A DNA stretch of 64,000 bases from Hydrurus foetidus (taxonomy: Eukaryota). The notes under the pieces are model-generated. The model was not told the DNA's origin. It was given only the letters and a program-made list of their open reading frames with translations, and did no database searches. Both the position numbers and the translations under genes were made by a program. Within the stretch, counting starts at the first letter, position 1, and each line of letters starts with the position of its first letter. The stretch is taken from the NCBI GenBank assembly GCA_900617105.1, contig UYFQ01000001.1, positions 992,001-1,056,000 of the forward strand, written 5' to 3'. This document shows positions 29,197-39,967 of the stretch, in pieces.

Positions 29197-31253
29197 TTCT
29201 GCGGGAAGCTGAAACCTACCCGACCTTCAAACGGCGGCTGCACAAAATCCTGGGGATTTATGTGGCCTGCTTGCTGGCCTTTTTGCTGGTAATGGCGTTG
29301 GCTGAAAAGGCGGGTTTGTCACGGCAATGGGTGGGAGGGGTATTTTTGTTCGCGTCGATTGCGCTTTACACCGCCATCGGCTTGTACTGCCGCACCACCG
29401 ATGTGGACGAGTATTACTTGGCGGGCCGCCGGGTTCCCGCCATCTACAACGGCATGGCCACAGCGGCGGATTGGATGAGCGCTGCATCGTTCATCAGCTT
29501 GGCAGGTGGCCTTTATTTACAGGGTTTTTCCGGCTCGCCGACCCAGGCGGGTGGACTGGCCTATGTGCTGGGGTGGACGGGCGGATTTTGCCTCGTTGGT
29601 CTGTTGGTGGCACCCTATTTGCGCGGTTTGAAGCTCTACACCGTGCCCGATTTTTTTGCATGGCGGTACGCCAGCCCTTGGCCGCGCCGGATTGCGGCGA
29701 TGGCCACCGTGCTGTGCTCGTTCATCTACGTGGTGGCCCAAATTTATGGTGTAGGACTGATTACTTCGCGCCTGACAGGCGTGCGCTTTGAAATTGGTAT
29801 TTTGCTGGGCTTGAGTGGTGTGTTGGTGTGTTCGTTTTTAGGCGGTATGCGTGCCGTCACTTGGACGCAGGTGGCACAGTACGTGATTTTGGTGCTTGCA
29901 TTTTTGGTGCCCGTGTCGTGGATGGCCTACAAGCAACTGGGCAACCCGCTGGCGCCCTTGGTTTACGGCGCACAGATTGAAAAAATCACCCAACGCGAAG
30001 CGCAGTTGCTGGCCGATCCGGCTGAACGCGCTGTGGTCGCTTCGTATGTCAAATCAGCGGAACAGCTGGAATCCAAACTGGCCAACGTCGAGGCCGCTTT
30101 GGCCAGTGACCGGGCCTCGGCACAGGCCAAGCTGAAGCTGTTGCGTGCCAATGGGGCCGATGCTTCCGCGATGTTTGCCGCCACCCGCGAATTGGCGAAC
30201 GTCCCTAAAGATGCCACGTCGGCGCGTGAAAAATGGACACGTCAGCGCCAAGACAATCTGGAGCGTGCCAAGCCCTTGGGTGGCATCCCGCCTGTTGCCC
30301 AGGTGTTTGCAGGCGATCCGGACGGCACGCCCGCAGAGCAGCAGGTGTTTGAGCTGAGTCGGCGCAACTTTTTAGCGCTGATGTTTTGCCTGATGGTGGG
30401 CACGGTGGGCTTGCCGCACCTTCTCACGCGCTTTTACACCACGCCCAGTGTGGCTGAAACGCGTTCTTCGGTGGCGTGGTCGCTGCTGTTCATTGTGCTG
30501 CTCTACGTCAGCGCCCCGGCCTTGGCCATGTTGGTGAAGTACGAGGTAATGATGGACTTGGTGGGGCAGCCCTTTGATGCCTTGCCCACCTGGATCGCCC
30601 AGTGGGCCAAGCTCGATCCCAGTTTGTTGTCGGTTCAGGATGTGAACCATGACGGTATCTTGCAGTTTGCCGAGCTGCGCTTGGGGGCTGATATTGTGAT
30701 GCTGGCCACGCCTGAGCTGGGCGGCTTGCCCTATGTGGTGTCGGGTCTGGTGGCGGCGGGTGGGCTGGCGGCGGCGCTGTCTACGGCGGATGGCTTGCTG
30801 CTGACCATTGGCAATACCTTGGCGCACGATATTTACCTGAAGGAATCTGAGCGCCAGGGCAATGCCACGCGGCTGGTGATCTTGTCCAAATTTGTGCTGT
30901 TGGTGGTGGCGTTGGCAGCGGCGTATGTGGCGGCACAAAAACCTGGTGAGATTTTGTTTTTGGTAGCCGCATCGTTTTCGTTGGCCGGGGCTGCCTTTGT
31001 GCCCGCTATGGTGATGGGTATTTTTTCTGCACGCACAACCAGCACGGGGGCTACAGCCGGTATGTTGGCGGGGCTGGGGATCACCGTCTATTACATGGTG
31101 GTGAACACCCCTAGCTTTCGCCATAGCCTGGGCTTGGGCCAAGGCAGCGACATGTGGTGGGGTATTCAGGCCGTATCGGCCGGTATTTTTGGTGTCCCAC
31201 TGGGCTTTGCGGTGACATGGCTTGCCAGTCGCTTAAAGCCTTTGGCGCGGTAA
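29193..31253 (+). CDS. Sodium:solute symporter (ActP/VC_2705-like)
   Basis: NGMATAADWMSAASF, GGMRAVTWTQVAQY, GLPHLLTRFYT, AAALSTADGLLL. Confidence 0.92.
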   Translation: MILREAETYPTFKRRLHKILGIYVACLLAFLLVMALAEKAGLSRQWVGGVFLFASIALYTAIGLYCRTTDVDEYYLAGRRVPAIYNGMATAADWMSAASFISLAGGLYLQGFSGSPTQAGGLAYVLGWTGGFCLVGLLVAPYLRGLKLYTVPDFFAWRYASPWPRRIAAMATVLCSFIYVVAQIYGVGLITSRLTGVRFEIGILLGLSGVLVCSFLGGMRAVTWTQVAQYVILVLAFLVPVSWMAYKQLGNPLAPLVYGAQIEKITQREAQLLADPAERAVVASYVKSAEQLESKLANVEAALASDRASAQAKLKLLRANGADASAMFAATRELANVPKDATSAREKWTRQRQDNLERAKPLGGIPPVAQVFAGDPDGTPAEQQVFELSRRNFLALMFCLMVGTVGLPHLLTRFYTTPSVAETRSSVAWSLLFIVLLYVSAPALAMLVKYEVMMDLVGQPFDALPTWIAQWAKLDPSLLSVQDVNHDGILQFAELRLGADIVMLATPELGGLPYVVSGLVAAGGLAAALSTADGLLLTIGNTLAHDIYLKESERQGNATRLVILSKFVLLVVALAAAYVAAQKPGEILFLVAASFSLAGAAFVPAMVMGIFSARTTSTGATAGMLAGLGITVYYMVVNTPSFRHSLGLGQGSDMWWGIQAVSAGIFGVPLGFAVTWLASRLKPLAR

Positions 31254-31363
31254 GCACAATCCAGCATATAATCTTAGGCTTTGCCTTGTCGTACCGCTAT
31301 TAGACGCAGCGGGCGACTTTTCGTCCGTTTGAGAAACAACGGGCTTTTCCTTAAGGAGAATAC

Positions 31364-31729
31364 ATGCGTCATTATGAAATCATCTTGCTGATCCACCCGG
31401 ATCAAAGCGAGCAAGTTCCAGCCATGCTGGAGCGTTACAAATCCCTCATCACCACTGGCGGCGGCAAGATCCACCGCGTGGAAGATTGGGGTCGCCGCCA
31501 ATTGGCTTACCTCATCAACAAACTCGCCAAGGCTCACTACCTGTGCGTGAACATTGAAGCGGATCAGGCTGTGATGGCTGAACTGGAACATGCGTTCAAG
31601 TTCAACGATGCTGTGCTGCGCCACATGACTGTGCTGAAGTCTCAAGCAGACACCGGCCCTTCGTCGATGATGAAAACCGTCGAGCGCGAAGAAGCCCGTA
31701 AAACCCAGCAAGCTGAATTCACGAACTGA
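31364..31729 (+). CDS. rpsF: 30S ribosomal protein S6
   Basis: [25 protein letters not shown]. Confidence 0.98.
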   Translation: MRHYEIILLIHPDQSEQVPAMLERYKSLITTGGGKIHRVEDWGRRQLAYLINKLAKAHYLCVNIEADQAVMAELEHAFKFNDAVLRHMTVLKSQADTGPSSMMKTVEREEARKTQQAEFTN

Positions 31730-31736
31730 TTGACTG

Positions 31737-32183
31737 TTGAGCAACACGCCAACTGATGTGCAGGTAGCAAGCCCTGCTGTAAATCCGGTTGAACCCGTTG
31801 CCCTGCCCGTTGCCCCACCTTCAACGAACATTTTTGTTCTTACCGCCCAGATAGAAACCCTTAAAGCCTTGCGTTACACCCCAGCGGGTTTGCCCGCCTT
31901 GGACATCGAACTCGTACACGGGTCAGATGTTTTGGAAGCCGGGCAAAGCAGGCAAATCAATGTGGTGGTGAAAGCCATCGCATTAGGCAGTTTGGCGGAA
32001 CGATTGGTAAAGCAGCCCGTAGGCAGCACATGGCGATTCACCGGTTTTATAGCAGCGTTCAGGTCTAAACCTCAGCCCAGCAAGCAGCTCGTGTTCCACA
32101 TTCAAGCTTTTCAAGAAGAAGTTTCCCCTTCAATGATTTCCGGAAACCTGTCAGTCGCATCGACTCAGGTTCCCACTGAATAA
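31737..32183 (+). CDS. priB: Primosomal replication protein N (PriB)
   Basis: [21 protein letters not shown]; lies between rpsF and rpsR; low-complexity terminal extensions make the start uncertain. Confidence 0.88.
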   Translation: MSNTPTDVQVASPAVNPVEPVALPVAPPSTNIFVLTAQIETLKALRYTPAGLPALDIELVHGSDVLEAGQSRQINVVVKAIALGSLAERLVKQPVGSTWRFTGFIAAFRSKPQPSKQLVFHIQAFQEEVSPSMISGNLSVASTQVPTE

Positions 32184-32194
32184 GAAAGCCCATC

Positions 32195-32476
32195 ATGGCA
32201 ACGTTCAAGAAGTTCAATAAAGACAAGCGCCCTAAGCGCAACACCCAGTCCCTGCTGTTCAAGCGCAAGCGCTTTTGCCGCTTCACCGTGACCGGCGTGG
32301 TTGAGATTGACTACAAAGATGTCGACACCCTGCGTGACTTTATCGGCGAAAACGGCAAGATCATCCCTGCACGCCTGACCGGCACGCGCGCGATTTTCCA
32401 GCGCCAACTCAATACCGCCATCAAGCGTTCACGCTTCCTGGCCATGTTGCCTTACAGCGACCAGCACAAGATCTAA
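32195..32476 (+). CDS. rpsR: 30S ribosomal protein S18
   Basis: [30 protein letters not shown]. Confidence 0.98.
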   Translation: MATFKKFNKDKRPKRNTQSLLFKRKRFCRFTVTGVVEIDYKDVDTLRDFIGENGKIIPARLTGTRAIFQRQLNTAIKRSRFLAMLPYSDQHKI

Positions 32477-32488
32477 GGTAGACAGACC

Positions 32489-32941
32489 ATGCAAATTATT
32501 CTGCTCGACAAAGTAGCTAACCTCGGCAACCTCGGCGATATCGTCAAGGTCAAAGACGGTTTCGCCCGTAACTTTTTGATCCCTACCCGCCAAGCGCGCC
32601 GTGCAACCGAAGCCAACAAAGCTGAGTTTGCCGCTCGCCGTGCTGAGTTGGAAAAAGAAGCCGCTGCTAAGCTGGCTGTGGCTGTTGCTGAAGGCGCTAA
32701 GCTTTCTGGCAGCAACTTCAAGCTGACGCAAAAAGCTGGTGTGGATGGCCGTTTGTTCGGTTCCGTCACCAATGCAGACGTTGCAGACGCGCTGAATAAG
32801 CAAGGCTACAAAGTCGTGAAAGCGCAAATCCGCATGCCCAATGGCCCCATCAAGGTCACTGGCGAAAGCACCGTGAGCGTGGCTTTGCACACCGATGTGG
32901 TTTGCGAAATCACCGTGACCGTGCTCGGCGAAACCGCGTAA
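32489..32941 (+). CDS. rplI: 50S ribosomal protein L9
   Basis: [28 protein letters not shown]. Confidence 0.98.
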   Translation: MQIILLDKVANLGNLGDIVKVKDGFARNFLIPTRQARRATEANKAEFAARRAELEKEAAAKLAVAVAEGAKLSGSNFKLTQKAGVDGRLFGSVTNADVADALNKQGYKVVKAQIRMPNGPIKVTGESTVSVALHTDVVCEITVTVLGETA

Positions 32942-32956
32942 GCTGTTTTCTGCCCC

Positions 32957-32998
32957 ACAAAAGCCGCCTGGGTGCAAGCCTCGGCGGCTTTTGTTTTT
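32957..32998 (+). terminator. Intrinsic terminator after rplI
   Basis: ACAAAAGCCGCC...GGCGGCTTTTGT followed by TTTT. Confidence 0.8.
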
Positions 32999-33059
32999 CA
33001 CGTGCCGATACATACCCACGCACCTTGCCTGAAGCACCCCGTCCCCCTAGGAACCTACC

Positions 33060-34484
33060 ATGACCGACGACCTCTCTACGCTAGACGCAGGCGACGCGCC
33101 TTACACCGCTTCGAGCGCTGACCGTCAAGTCGCCCAACTGCGCATCCCACCGCACTCGATTGAGGCGGAGTCCAGCGTTTTAGGCGGTTTACTGCTCGAC
33201 AACACAGCGTGGGAGCGGGTAGGGGACTTGCTCAAGCACGACGATTTTTACCGCTACGAACACCGTTTGGTCTTTGCCGCTGTTGCTGCCTTGGTGGAAG
33301 CCAATAAGCCAGCAGACGTGATCACCGTCAACGAGCATTTGCAAAACCAAGGCAAAGCGGACGAGATTGGCGGCTTGGTCTACCTGAATTCGCTGGCCCA
33401 GTACGTGCCCAGTGCCGCCAACATCCGCCGTTATGCAGAGATCGTGCGCGAGCGGGCTATTTTGCGCAAGCTGGTGAGCGCGAGCGACGAAATCAGCAGC
33501 AGTGCCTTTAACCCGCAAGGCAAGCCTGTTGCCAAGATTTTGGATGAGGCTGAGCAAAAAATCTTCAACATCGGTGAAGAAGGCTCGCGCATGAAGCAGG
33601 GCTTCCAGGGTATGGACACCCTGGTAGTGCAGTTGCTCGACCGTGTGGAGGAGATGGCCAACAACCCCAATGACATCACCGGTGTGCCCACAGGTTTTTA
33701 CGATTTAGACAGGATGACCTCGGGCTTTCAAGCCGGTGACATGGTGGTGCTGGCCGCTCGCCCCAGTATGGGTAAAACCGCCTTTGCCGTGAACATTGCC
33801 GAGCATGTGGCTTTGAACGAAGGTCTGCCTGTTGCGATTTTTTCTATGGAAATGGGCGCATCCCAGCTCGCCGTGCGTATCGTGGGTTCGATTGGCCGCA
33901 TCGACCAGGGGCATTTGCGCACTGGCAAACTGACTGATGAAGAATGGCCGCGCTTGACCGAAGCCATCGAGAAGCTGCGCAATATCTCGCTGCACATCGA
34001 CGAAACCCCCGGTCTTTCGCCCACTGAGTTGCGCGCCAACGCCCGTCGCTTGGCCCGTCAGTGCGGCAAACTGGGTTTGATCGTGGTGGACTATTTACAA
34101 CTGATGAGCGGCTCATCAAGCAATGGCGAAAACCGGGCCACCGAACTCAGTGAAATCTCACGCGGCTTGAAAATGCTGGCCAAAGAGTTGCAATGCCCCG
34201 TGATTGCGCTCTCGCAGCTCAACCGCAGCGTAGAAACCCGTACCGATAAACGTCCCATGATGAGCGATTTGCGCGAATCGGGTGCGATTGAGCAGGATGC
34301 GGACGTCATCATGTTCATCTACCGTGATGACTATTACAACAAAGACTCCAAGGAACCTGGTGTAGCCGAAGTGATCATTGGCAAGCAGCGAAACGGGCCC
34401 ACGGGAACGATTAAACTGGCTTTCTTGAAACACCTCACCCGGTTTGAATCGCTGGCTTCTGGCGGTGGCGGCGGAGATTACTGA
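33060..34484 (+). CDS. dnaB: Replicative DNA helicase
   Basis: PPHSIEAE, AARPSMGKT, VDYLQL, SQLNR, DLRESGAIEQDAD, KQRNGPTG; no intein. Confidence 0.98.
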   Translation: MTDDLSTLDAGDAPYTASSADRQVAQLRIPPHSIEAESSVLGGLLLDNTAWERVGDLLKHDDFYRYEHRLVFAAVAALVEANKPADVITVNEHLQNQGKADEIGGLVYLNSLAQYVPSAANIRRYAEIVRERAILRKLVSASDEISSSAFNPQGKPVAKILDEAEQKIFNIGEEGSRMKQGFQGMDTLVVQLLDRVEEMANNPNDITGVPTGFYDLDRMTSGFQAGDMVVLAARPSMGKTAFAVNIAEHVALNEGLPVAIFSMEMGASQLAVRIVGSIGRIDQGHLRTGKLTDEEWPRLTEAIEKLRNISLHIDETPGLSPTELRANARRLARQCGKLGLIVVDYLQLMSGSSSNGENRATELSEISRGLKMLAKELQCPVIALSQLNRSVETRTDKRPMMSDLRESGAIEQDADVIMFIYRDDYYNKDSKEPGVAEVIIGKQRNGPTGTIKLAFLKHLTRFESLASGGGGGDY

Positions 34485-34517
34485 TTTCCTCTGGTCATTC
34501 TCACTTATCGATGTTGC

Positions 34518-36497
34518 ATGAATTCTTCTCACTCAACGCCATCCCTTGAAACAGATTACCGCCGTGATATTGATGGCTTACGGGCCATAGCGGTACTGTC
34601 GGTTGTCCTGTTCCACGCTTTTCCCGATTGGATTCATGGCGGATTTATAGGCGTTGATATATTTTTTGTCATCTCTGGTTTTTTAATCAGCGGTAAGATT
34701 TTTGAAAACCTTGAGGCCGGTACATTCACATACCGCGATTTTTATGCTCGCCGTATTCGTCGTTTATTTCCGGCACTTTTACTGGTTTTAACCACTTGTG
34801 TGGTCGTTGGGTGGTTCACGCTGCTCTCCAATGAATACGAGTTTTTGGGTAAGCACACCGCTGCCGGTTTGTCGTTTCTCGCTAACGTCGCTTTATGGCG
34901 TGAAGCCGCCAATTACTTCAACTCAGAAGTAGACACCCGCCCCTTATTGCACCTTTGGTCACTGGGCATTGAAGAGCAGTTCTATATCTTTTGGCCCCCC
35001 ATTCTCTTTGCGGTGTGGAAGGTCAAAAAGCATTTCATTCCTATCATCATGGGGCTGACGCTGCTGTCGTTCGCCGTAGGGCTGTATTACCTGCTGACGC
35101 AAGACACCGTGTCCGCGTTTTACGTGCCCTGGTCGCGCTTTTGGGAGTTGTTCGCTGGCGGGTTGCTGGCTTACCTGATGGTCTATAAAGCCGAGATGGT
35201 GGCAGGCTGGCCAGCCTCCAGGCCATTGATCGGTTTGATGCTCATTGTGGTGGGCGTGGTTTTCATGCGCGATACCCTGCCGTTCCCCGGCTGGTGGGCG
35301 GTGGTGCCGGTACTGGGTTCGTTTTTGATTTTGTCCTCGCACGCCTCTTCCCCCACTGCCAATGTGGTGCTGACCCACAAAAGCATGGTTTGGTTTGGCC
35401 TCATCAGCTACCCCCTGTACCTGTGGCACTGGCCTGTTTTGTCCTTTACGCGCATTGTGCTGGGTCACACACCAGATGCCGCTTACCGCGTGGCGGCCAT
35501 CGTGCTGACTGTTTTTTTGGCTTGGTTGACTTACGCTTTTGTCGAAAAACCTCTGCGTCACCCCCAGCGCAAAGGCTTGGTGGTGACGCTGCTGTGCGCC
35601 GTGGCCCTGGTGCTGGGCAGCTACGGCTATGTGCTGTGGAAAAAGGATGTGGTGAATCACCGGGCGATGGATCAGAAATTCCCTGATTTTGGCAAAGCCT
35701 ACAACGCCACCCGCTATTCAGACGGTTCGTGTGAGCGGTTACTGAATAAGAAACCGCTGGATGAAGAAGTTTGCCTGACCAACAGCGCAGAGCCTGAATA
35801 CCTCATTGTGGGTGACAGTCATGGCTTGGCTTTGAATTCTGCCGCCAAGCTGGGTTTGACTCCGATGAAAACCTTGATAATCGCTGGCCACAGTTGCATG
35901 CTGTACCCCGATTTCACGCACAAACCCACTTTCAGTGGCAATTACGGTAACAACTGCAAAGCCATTGCGGCGGATGCAGTGCAAACAGCATTGGCGATAC
36001 CGTCGGTTAAAACGATCATCATTGCCCATTCTGCTGCGGTGTTCACACCAGAGCAGGGCTACATTTCGTTTGATTATTTTGATGAAAATGGAAAATCAAT
36101 CAGCCAGTATGAAGCCTTTATCCAAGGCAATACCCGCTTAGCGAACCAGCTTCAAGCAGCTGGTAAAAAGATGGTGTTTTTCAAAGATACCCACAGCTTG
36201 GGTAAAAATCCTTTGGACTGTGCCAGCCGCTTCGGTGAGACTGACCGCACGCTGTGCCGTATACCTGCCTCAACATTTGCCCAGCAGCGCCAGCAGTACA
36301 ACGCGGGCGTGGATACGCTGAAGCAGGCGCTGCCTGGTGTTGATTTCTATGAAACGGGCAAAACCCTGTGCGACAGCGCATTTTGTTACGCGAACGAGGG
36401 CAACCGTTTTTACTTCTTTGACAAGCACCACCTCACGCCTTTTGGCAGCTCGGTGGTGTTGAAAGACTATTTAAAGAAGATGCTGAAGACGGAGTAG
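34518..36497 (+). CDS. OafA/YrhL-type acyltransferase (AT3 + SGNH domains)
   Basis: YRRDIDGLRAIAV, GVDIFFVISG, HLWSLGIEEQFY, ISYPLYLWHWP, GDSHG, DKHH. Confidence 0.93.
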   Translation: MNSSHSTPSLETDYRRDIDGLRAIAVLSVVLFHAFPDWIHGGFIGVDIFFVISGFLISGKIFENLEAGTFTYRDFYARRIRRLFPALLLVLTTCVVVGWFTLLSNEYEFLGKHTAAGLSFLANVALWREAANYFNSEVDTRPLLHLWSLGIEEQFYIFWPPILFAVWKVKKHFIPIIMGLTLLSFAVGLYYLLTQDTVSAFYVPWSRFWELFAGGLLAYLMVYKAEMVAGWPASRPLIGLMLIVVGVVFMRDTLPFPGWWAVVPVLGSFLILSSHASSPTANVVLTHKSMVWFGLISYPLYLWHWPVLSFTRIVLGHTPDAAYRVAAIVLTVFLAWLTYAFVEKPLRHPQRKGLVVTLLCAVALVLGSYGYVLWKKDVVNHRAMDQKFPDFGKAYNATRYSDGSCERLLNKKPLDEEVCLTNSAEPEYLIVGDSHGLALNSAAKLGLTPMKTLIIAGHSCMLYPDFTHKPTFSGNYGNNCKAIAADAVQTALAIPSVKTIIIAHSAAVFTPEQGYISFDYFDENGKSISQYEAFIQGNTRLANQLQAAGKKMVFFKDTHSLGKNPLDCASRFGETDRTLCRIPASTFAQQRQQYNAGVDTLKQALPGVDFYETGKTLCDSAFCYANEGNRFYFFDKHHLTPFGSSVVLKDYLKKMLKTE

Positions 36498-36500
36498 TCA

Positions 36501-36553
36501 TCAAAAATAATAGCTGTCTACGCTTTTATGACAAGCGCAGACAGCTCTTTTGA
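36501..36553. repeat. Dispersed ~55-bp AT-rich REP-like element with hairpin (intergenic copy; may also terminate transcription)
   Basis: AAATAATAGCTGTCTACGCTT...AAGCGCAGACAGCTCTTTT between convergent genes; similar layouts at 4437-4490, 18166-18219, 45481-45533, 49974-50027, 51922-51975, 59492-59545 and 61326-61385. Confidence 0.6.
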
Positions 36554-37432
36554 CTACAAATTACGTGCAGAAAATGTGTCACAGCCCTTCACACTGCCGT
36601 TCTGCAAACCTTGGTTGAACCACCGAGCGCGTTGCGCACTGGTGCCGTGGGTGAAGCTCTCAGGCACCACATAACCCTGGGCCTGCTTTTGCAGGGCATC
36701 GTCACCGATTTTGGCGGCGGCGTTCATGGCGGATTCAATGTCGCCGTTTTCCAGCGTCTTGCGTGATTCGTTGGATTTATTGGCCCACACTCCGGCGAAG
36801 CAATCCGCTTGCAACTCCAGTCGCACGCTCAGCGCGTTGTAGTCGGTTTTGCTGATTCTGCCGCGTTGGGCATCCATCTTCTCGCTGATGCCCAACAGGT
36901 TTTGCACATGGTGACCCACCTCGTGCGCGATCACATAGGCTTGCGCGAACTCGCCGGGCGCACCCAGCTTGTTTTTCAGCGTTTGGTAGAAATCCAAATC
37001 AATGTAGACCTTCTGGTCGCCAGGGCAGTAAAACGGCCCCATCGCCGTTTGCCCTGCACCGCAGGCGGTGGAAGTGCCGCCACGGAACAGCACCAGTTTG
37101 GGGTCGGTGTAGCGGCCGCCGCCTTTGGTAAAAATATCTTTCCACACGTCTTCGGTGTCTGCCAGCACGGTGGAGACGAACTTGGCCAAGTGGTCGCTTG
37201 CCGGTGGTGCATGGGCCGGGCCTTGCTGCTGCACCTGCGGTGCAGAGCCACCGCCGTCAAGCAAACCCAGTACCGTTAACGGGTTGATGCCAAATACCCA
37301 GCCTGCCAGCAAGGCGATGACGATGCTGCCTACACCTATGCTGCGGCCACCGCCCAAGCCACCACCGCCCCCTCCGCCGCCATCACGCCGGTCTTCTACG
37401 TTTTCCGATTGGCGATTGCCTTCCCATTTCAT
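36554..37432 (-). CDS. Neutral zinc metallopeptidase (YpfJ family)
   Basis: MKWEGNRQSENVEDRR, GPFYCPGD, AHEVGHHVQ, ELQADC, SFTHGT. Confidence 0.92.
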   Translation of the reverse strand: MKWEGNRQSENVEDRRDGGGGGGGGLGGGRSIGVGSIVIALLAGWVFGINPLTVLGLLDGGGSAPQVQQQGPAHAPPASDHLAKFVSTVLADTEDVWKDIFTKGGGRYTDPKLVLFRGGTSTACGAGQTAMGPFYCPGDQKVYIDLDFYQTLKNKLGAPGEFAQAYVIAHEVGHHVQNLLGISEKMDAQRGRISKTDYNALSVRLELQADCFAGVWANKSNESRKTLENGDIESAMNAAAKIGDDALQKQAQGYVVPESFTHGTSAQRARWFNQGLQNGSVKGCDTFSARNL

Positions 37433-37443
37433 AGCGTTTTTCC

Positions 37444-39276
37444 TTACAAAACTTCGCTGGCGAAATCGGCCAAGCGTGAACGTTCGCCTCGTGCCAATGT
37501 GATGTGACCACCGTGCGGCCAGCCTTTGAACTTGTCCACGGCAAATGTCAGCCCTGATGAGCCTTCGGTCAAGTAAGGCGTGTCGATTTGCGCCAGATTG
37601 CCCATGCAGATGATTTTGGTGCCCGGCCCGGCGCGGGTAATCAGCGTCTTCATTTGCTTGGGTGTCAGGTTCTGCGCCTCGTCGATGATGACGTATTTGT
37701 TCATGAACGTGCGGCCACGCATGAAGTTCATGCTCTTGATTTTGATGCGCGATCGCACCAGCTCGTTGGTGGCAGCACGACCCCATTCGCCAGCACCGCC
37801 GCCATCGCCCTTGGCCAGGAATTCCAGGTTGTCGTCCAATGCGCCCATCCAAGGGCCCATTTTTTCTTCTTCGGTGCCGGGCAAAAAGCCGATGTCTTCG
37901 CCCACACTCACAGTGGCGCGGGTCATGATGATTTCGGTGTAGCGGCGCTCGTCCAGCACCTGCGTCAGACCTGCGGCCAGTGCCATCAGGGTTTTGCCAG
38001 TGCCGGCCGTGCCCGCCAAGGTGACGAAATCGACTTCCGGATCCATCAGCACGTTCATCGCAAAGCTTTGCTCGCGGTTGCGCGTGGTCACGCCCCAGAC
38101 GGCATTTTTGATGTGGCCGTAATCTTTGAGGGTTTTGAGCACCGCTGTGGTGGCGCGAATTTCGGTGACGCGGGCGTACAAGCTGGGTTCACCGGGAACT
38201 TCAAAGTAAACAAACTGGTTGATGAACAGGCTGGGCACGATGGGGCCGCTGACGCGGTAGAACGTGTGGCCGCCGTTTTGCCAGCTTTCCACCGTCTGGC
38301 CGTGAGTGGTCCAAAAATCGGCGGGCAGGGCGAGAGAACCCGCGTAGAGCAGGTCACCATCGTCCAGGGTTTTGTCGTTTTGGTAGTCTTCAGCAGCCAA
38401 ACCCAGTGCACGGGCTTTGACGCGCATGTTGATGTCTTTCGACACCAAAACCACTTCACGCCCGGTGCCTGATTTGCCGTTGCCTATGTTTTCTGGCAGT
38501 CGGCGCAGTGCTTCGACCACGCCCAGAATTTGGTTGTCCGCTTTGCCCTGAGGCAGGCTGGGGGGCAGGGTGTAGGTCAGCGATTGCGTTTGGAAGAACA
38601 GCTTGCCACCGGCTTCACGGTGGCCTGTGGCATCGAGCTTCAGACCCAGCGCCATGTCGGTGCCGGGGGCTGCGACCAGGGCATCGAGCGTGCGGCTGGT
38701 TTGGCGGCCATTGCGGGCCACTTCGGTCATTCCTTTTTTGTGCCCATCGAGTTCTTCCAGCACGATCATCGGCAAGAAAACATCGTGTTCCTCAAAGCGG
38801 AACAAGCACATCGGGTCGTGCAGCAGCACGTTGGTGTCCAGTACAAACAACTTGGCTGGGCCAGCAGTTTTTTTGATTTTGATGGGGGTCGCGGCGCGAG
38901 ATGGCGCGGGGCTGTGGACGTAGGTGCTTGGTGCGACCGTGGTGGCGACAGGGCTTGCGGTCAGCGCGGGTGTTGGCGCTGCGTTCCCCTGTGTCATCTT
39001 CGCGGTGGGTGATGCAGGCGACGGTACTGCTCTGGCAGAGACAACACTCAGCGCTTTAGGCTGCTCTTTGACGGGGATGGGGTTTGTCCTGGCCAAAGGC
39101 TGCTGCTGAGCGGCATCCATGCTGGCTTCAAGCAAACGCCCTTTGCCGGTGTTGTTGGTTCGTCCACGCGCTACAGGTTTAGCGGCTGTTGCTGTGGTTT
39201 TTTTGATAGCGGTGTTGTCAAAACTTTCAGGCGCAAGTCTGGCAGCACGTTTGGAGGGCGCGGGAGGAAGTGGCAT
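37444..39276 (-). CDS. PhoH-family protein with N-terminal PIN domain (PhoH2-like)
   Basis: FVLDTNVLLHDP PIN motif, GTAGTGKT, MRGRT, IIDEAQN, RSRLA; long Pro/Ala/Thr-rich N-terminus. Confidence 0.92.
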   Translation of the reverse strand: MPLPPAPSKRAARLAPESFDNTAIKKTTATAAKPVARGRTNNTGKGRLLEASMDAAQQQPLARTNPIPVKEQPKALSVVSARAVPSPASPTAKMTQGNAAPTPALTASPVATTVAPSTYVHSPAPSRAATPIKIKKTAGPAKLFVLDTNVLLHDPMCLFRFEEHDVFLPMIVLEELDGHKKGMTEVARNGRQTSRTLDALVAAPGTDMALGLKLDATGHREAGGKLFFQTQSLTYTLPPSLPQGKADNQILGVVEALRRLPENIGNGKSGTGREVVLVSKDINMRVKARALGLAAEDYQNDKTLDDGDLLYAGSLALPADFWTTHGQTVESWQNGGHTFYRVSGPIVPSLFINQFVYFEVPGEPSLYARVTEIRATTAVLKTLKDYGHIKNAVWGVTTRNREQSFAMNVLMDPEVDFVTLAGTAGTGKTLMALAAGLTQVLDERRYTEIIMTRATVSVGEDIGFLPGTEEEKMGPWMGALDDNLEFLAKGDGGGAGEWGRAATNELVRSRIKIKSMNFMRGRTFMNKYVIIDEAQNLTPKQMKTLITRAGPGTKIICMGNLAQIDTPYLTEGSSGLTFAVDKFKGWPHGGHITLARGERSRLADFASEVL

Positions 39277-39320
39277 AGAGGTGACAGAAGTAAGGGTTAA
39301 AAATAAAAAAGGAAAATTTA

Positions 39321-39356
39321 AAAAACAAAAAAGCCGCACAGTTGCCTGGGCGGCTT
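39321..39356 (-). terminator. Intrinsic terminator between bcp and phoH
   Basis: Minus strand AAGCCGC-N14-GCGGCTT followed by TTTTGTTTTT. Confidence 0.7.
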
Positions 39357-39493
39357 GGTCGGTGTTGGGGGGGCAACAGTGTTCAATAACGTACTTGGGC
39401 TCAAATGCATGATCGCATTATGCGGGACGCGCAAGACCGTTGGCGTTCCCCGTGAAATCGCGGCTTAAACCGTGATTTCATACCTGCACTGCT

Positions 39494-39967
39494 TTAGGCT
39501 TTCTTGAGCGCCTTGACCGCAACCAGCACGTCGTCCACATGGCCCGGCACCTTGAGGCCGCGCCACTCTTCTTTCAGCAGGCCATCGGCACCGATCAAAA
39601 AGGTGCTGCGCTCAATGCCCTTGACCTTTTTACCGTACATGATTTTGTTTTTGACTACGCCAAACATGTGGCACATTTTTTCTTCCGTGTCTGCGATCAG
39701 CTCGAAAGGGAGTTCCAGCTTGGTTTTGAACTCGTCGTGCGACTTCATGTTGTCGCGTGACACGCCAAACACGGTAGCGCCGGCTTTGGTAAAGTCTTTG
39801 AACTTATCGCGGAACTGCATGGCCTCGGTGGTGCAGCCGGGTGTATTGTCTTTGGGGTAAAAATACAGGATGACAACTTTGCCGAGATGGGTGGTGTTAG
39901 AAACTTTGACCCCGCCGGTGGCATTGGATTCAAATTCTGGAAGCGGTTTACCGACAACGATCGCCAT
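39494..39967 (-). CDS. bcp: Peroxiredoxin BCP/PrxQ
   Basis: YFYPKDNTPGCTTEA, ERSTFLI. Confidence 0.93.
   Translation of the reverse strand: MAIVVGKPLPEFESNATGGVKVSNTTHLGKVVILYFYPKDNTPGCTTEAMQFRDKFKDFTKAGATVFGVSRDNMKSHDEFKTKLELPFELIADTEEKMCHMFGVVKNKIMYGKKVKGIERSTFLIGADGLLKEEWRGLKVPGHVDDVLVAVKALKKA

Noticed and set aside
31273..31363. S6:S18 leader RNA upstream of rpsF
   Set aside because: A hairpin is present and such leaders are known, but I cannot confirm the consensus by eye; it needs an Infernal/Rfam search.
33060..34484. Intein in dnaB
   Set aside because: Normal length (474 aa) with contiguous motifs.
37433..37852. N-terminal extension of the 432-aa peptidase ORF
   Set aside because: It overlaps phoH in another frame; the family start MKWEGNRQS is at 37432.
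37444..39276. PIN-PhoH as a toxin-antitoxin system
   Set aside because: No small antitoxin gene upstream; the bcp-phoH context looks like conserved backbone.
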